Part shown: positions 44,440-44,949 of the stretch, piece after piece
Layout of the letters: each line of letters begins with the position of its first letter
Numbering within the stretch: the stretch's first letter is position 1
Position numbers and translations under genes: made by a program
Notes under the pieces: model-generated
Told to the model about the DNA's origin: nothing
Databases searched by the model: none
Seen by the model: only the letters and a program-made list of their open reading frames with translations
Assembly: GCA_964538225.1 (NCBI GenBank)
Contig: CAZIDW010000001.1
Coordinates: 1-44,949, forward strand
DNA from: an uncultured Candidatus Peribacteria bacterium
GTDB lineage: Bacteria > Patescibacteriota > Gracilibacteria > UM-FILTER-43-11
DNA: 44,949 bases
Direction: 5' to 3'

Positions 44440-44943
44440 ATGGCTAAAATTCTTTCTGTCATCGCCCCTGAGGGGTATCAGGATATCGAATACAATGATT
44501 CCAAATCCGCGCTGGAGGCCACGGGGCATACGGTTATTACCGCCAGCTCCGCCGATGAAGCGCACGGTAAATACGGCGGCGCGGTCCGGGCGGATGTCTT
44601 GCTGGATAAGGCCCGCGCGGACGATTATGATGCCATCCTTTTTGTGGGCGGCCCGGGGAGCCACCAATATTTTGATGACCCCACAGCCCACTCACTAGCC
44701 AAAGCTTTTCTGAATGCCGGGAAGCTGACGACAGCCATCTGCGCGGCGCCGTCCATTCTGGCCAATGCCGGCCTTTTAAAAGGCGTGAAAGCCACCTGTT
44801 TCCAGAGTCAGGCGGACAACCTGAAAAAAAACGGCGCTGAGTTTACCGGTAATCCGGTTGAAAAAGACAGCCTCATCATCACAGGGGACGGGCCGGCGAG
44901 CGCGACTTTATTTGGTGAGGAGATTGCTAAGGCGCTGGAGTAA
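44440..44943 (+). CDS. DJ-1/PfpI family protein
   Basis: DAILFVGGPG and the nucleophile elbow AICAAPSILANAGLL. Confidence 0.88.
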   Translation: MAKILSVIAPEGYQDIEYNDSKSALEATGHTVITASSADEAHGKYGGAVRADVLLDKARADDYDAILFVGGPGSHQYFDDPTAHSLAKAFLNAGKLTTAICAAPSILANAGLLKGVKATCFQSQADNLKKNGAEFTGNPVEKDSLIITGDGPASATLFGEEIAKALE

Positions 44944-44949
44944 ACACCC

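Noticed and set aside
1-44949. Alternative genetic code (UGA as a sense codon, as in some candidate phyla).
   Set aside because: All conserved genes are full-length under the standard code. TGA closes ORFs at sensible positions, for example at 22903-22905, immediately before the next start.

Overview
Bacterial chromosomal window read with the standard code (TGA is used as a stop, e.g. 22903-22905). Most of it is densely packed housekeeping genes.

**Gene content**
- 148-9501: a complete nine-gene V/A-type ATPase operon in the order G/H-like, I, K, E, C, F, A, B, D. The K proteolipid carries a Na+-site-like signature.
- 9.8-30.9 kb: trxB, the infC-rpmI-rplT operon, yggT, pgeF, nnrD, murB, gltX, a cyclophilin, a type IV pilin, pth, tRNA-Gln(UUG), secreted/VanW proteins, rRNA/tRNA modification enzymes, pyrG, trpS, a STAS protein and a Kef-type antiporter.
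- 36.8-44.9 kb: uvrC, an intact IS481-like insertion sequence, an SLH-anchored coiled-coil surface protein and a DJ-1/PfpI protein.

**Accessory and unusual parts**
1. An AT-rich, roughly 4.9 kb island (about 30956-35813) holds two copies of a promoter with an embedded LexA/Cheo-like palindrome. They drive a Bro-N/DinD-like gene and a truncated RhuM gene.
2. The same island has an S-box (SAM-I-like) riboswitch in front of a 99-aa Cys-rich protein of unknown function.
3. It also has a secreted mini-Rhs polymorphic toxin, split by a G6 frameshift exactly at the core/toxin junction, translationally coupled to a putative immunity gene.
4. A family of 100-140 nt nested palindromic GTAAC elements with an embedded C(UUCG)G hairpin occurs at four to five loci, including inside essential operons.
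5. Intercistronic spacers are unusually long and hairpin-bearing, built from short tandem units.
6. A roughly 720 nt non-coding tract next to tRNA-Gln contains tRNA 3'-end fragments and a perfect 47-nt repeat.
7. uvrC carries a roughly 140-aa GNAT-like insertion.

All homology statements come from motif recognition by eye. No database search was run.
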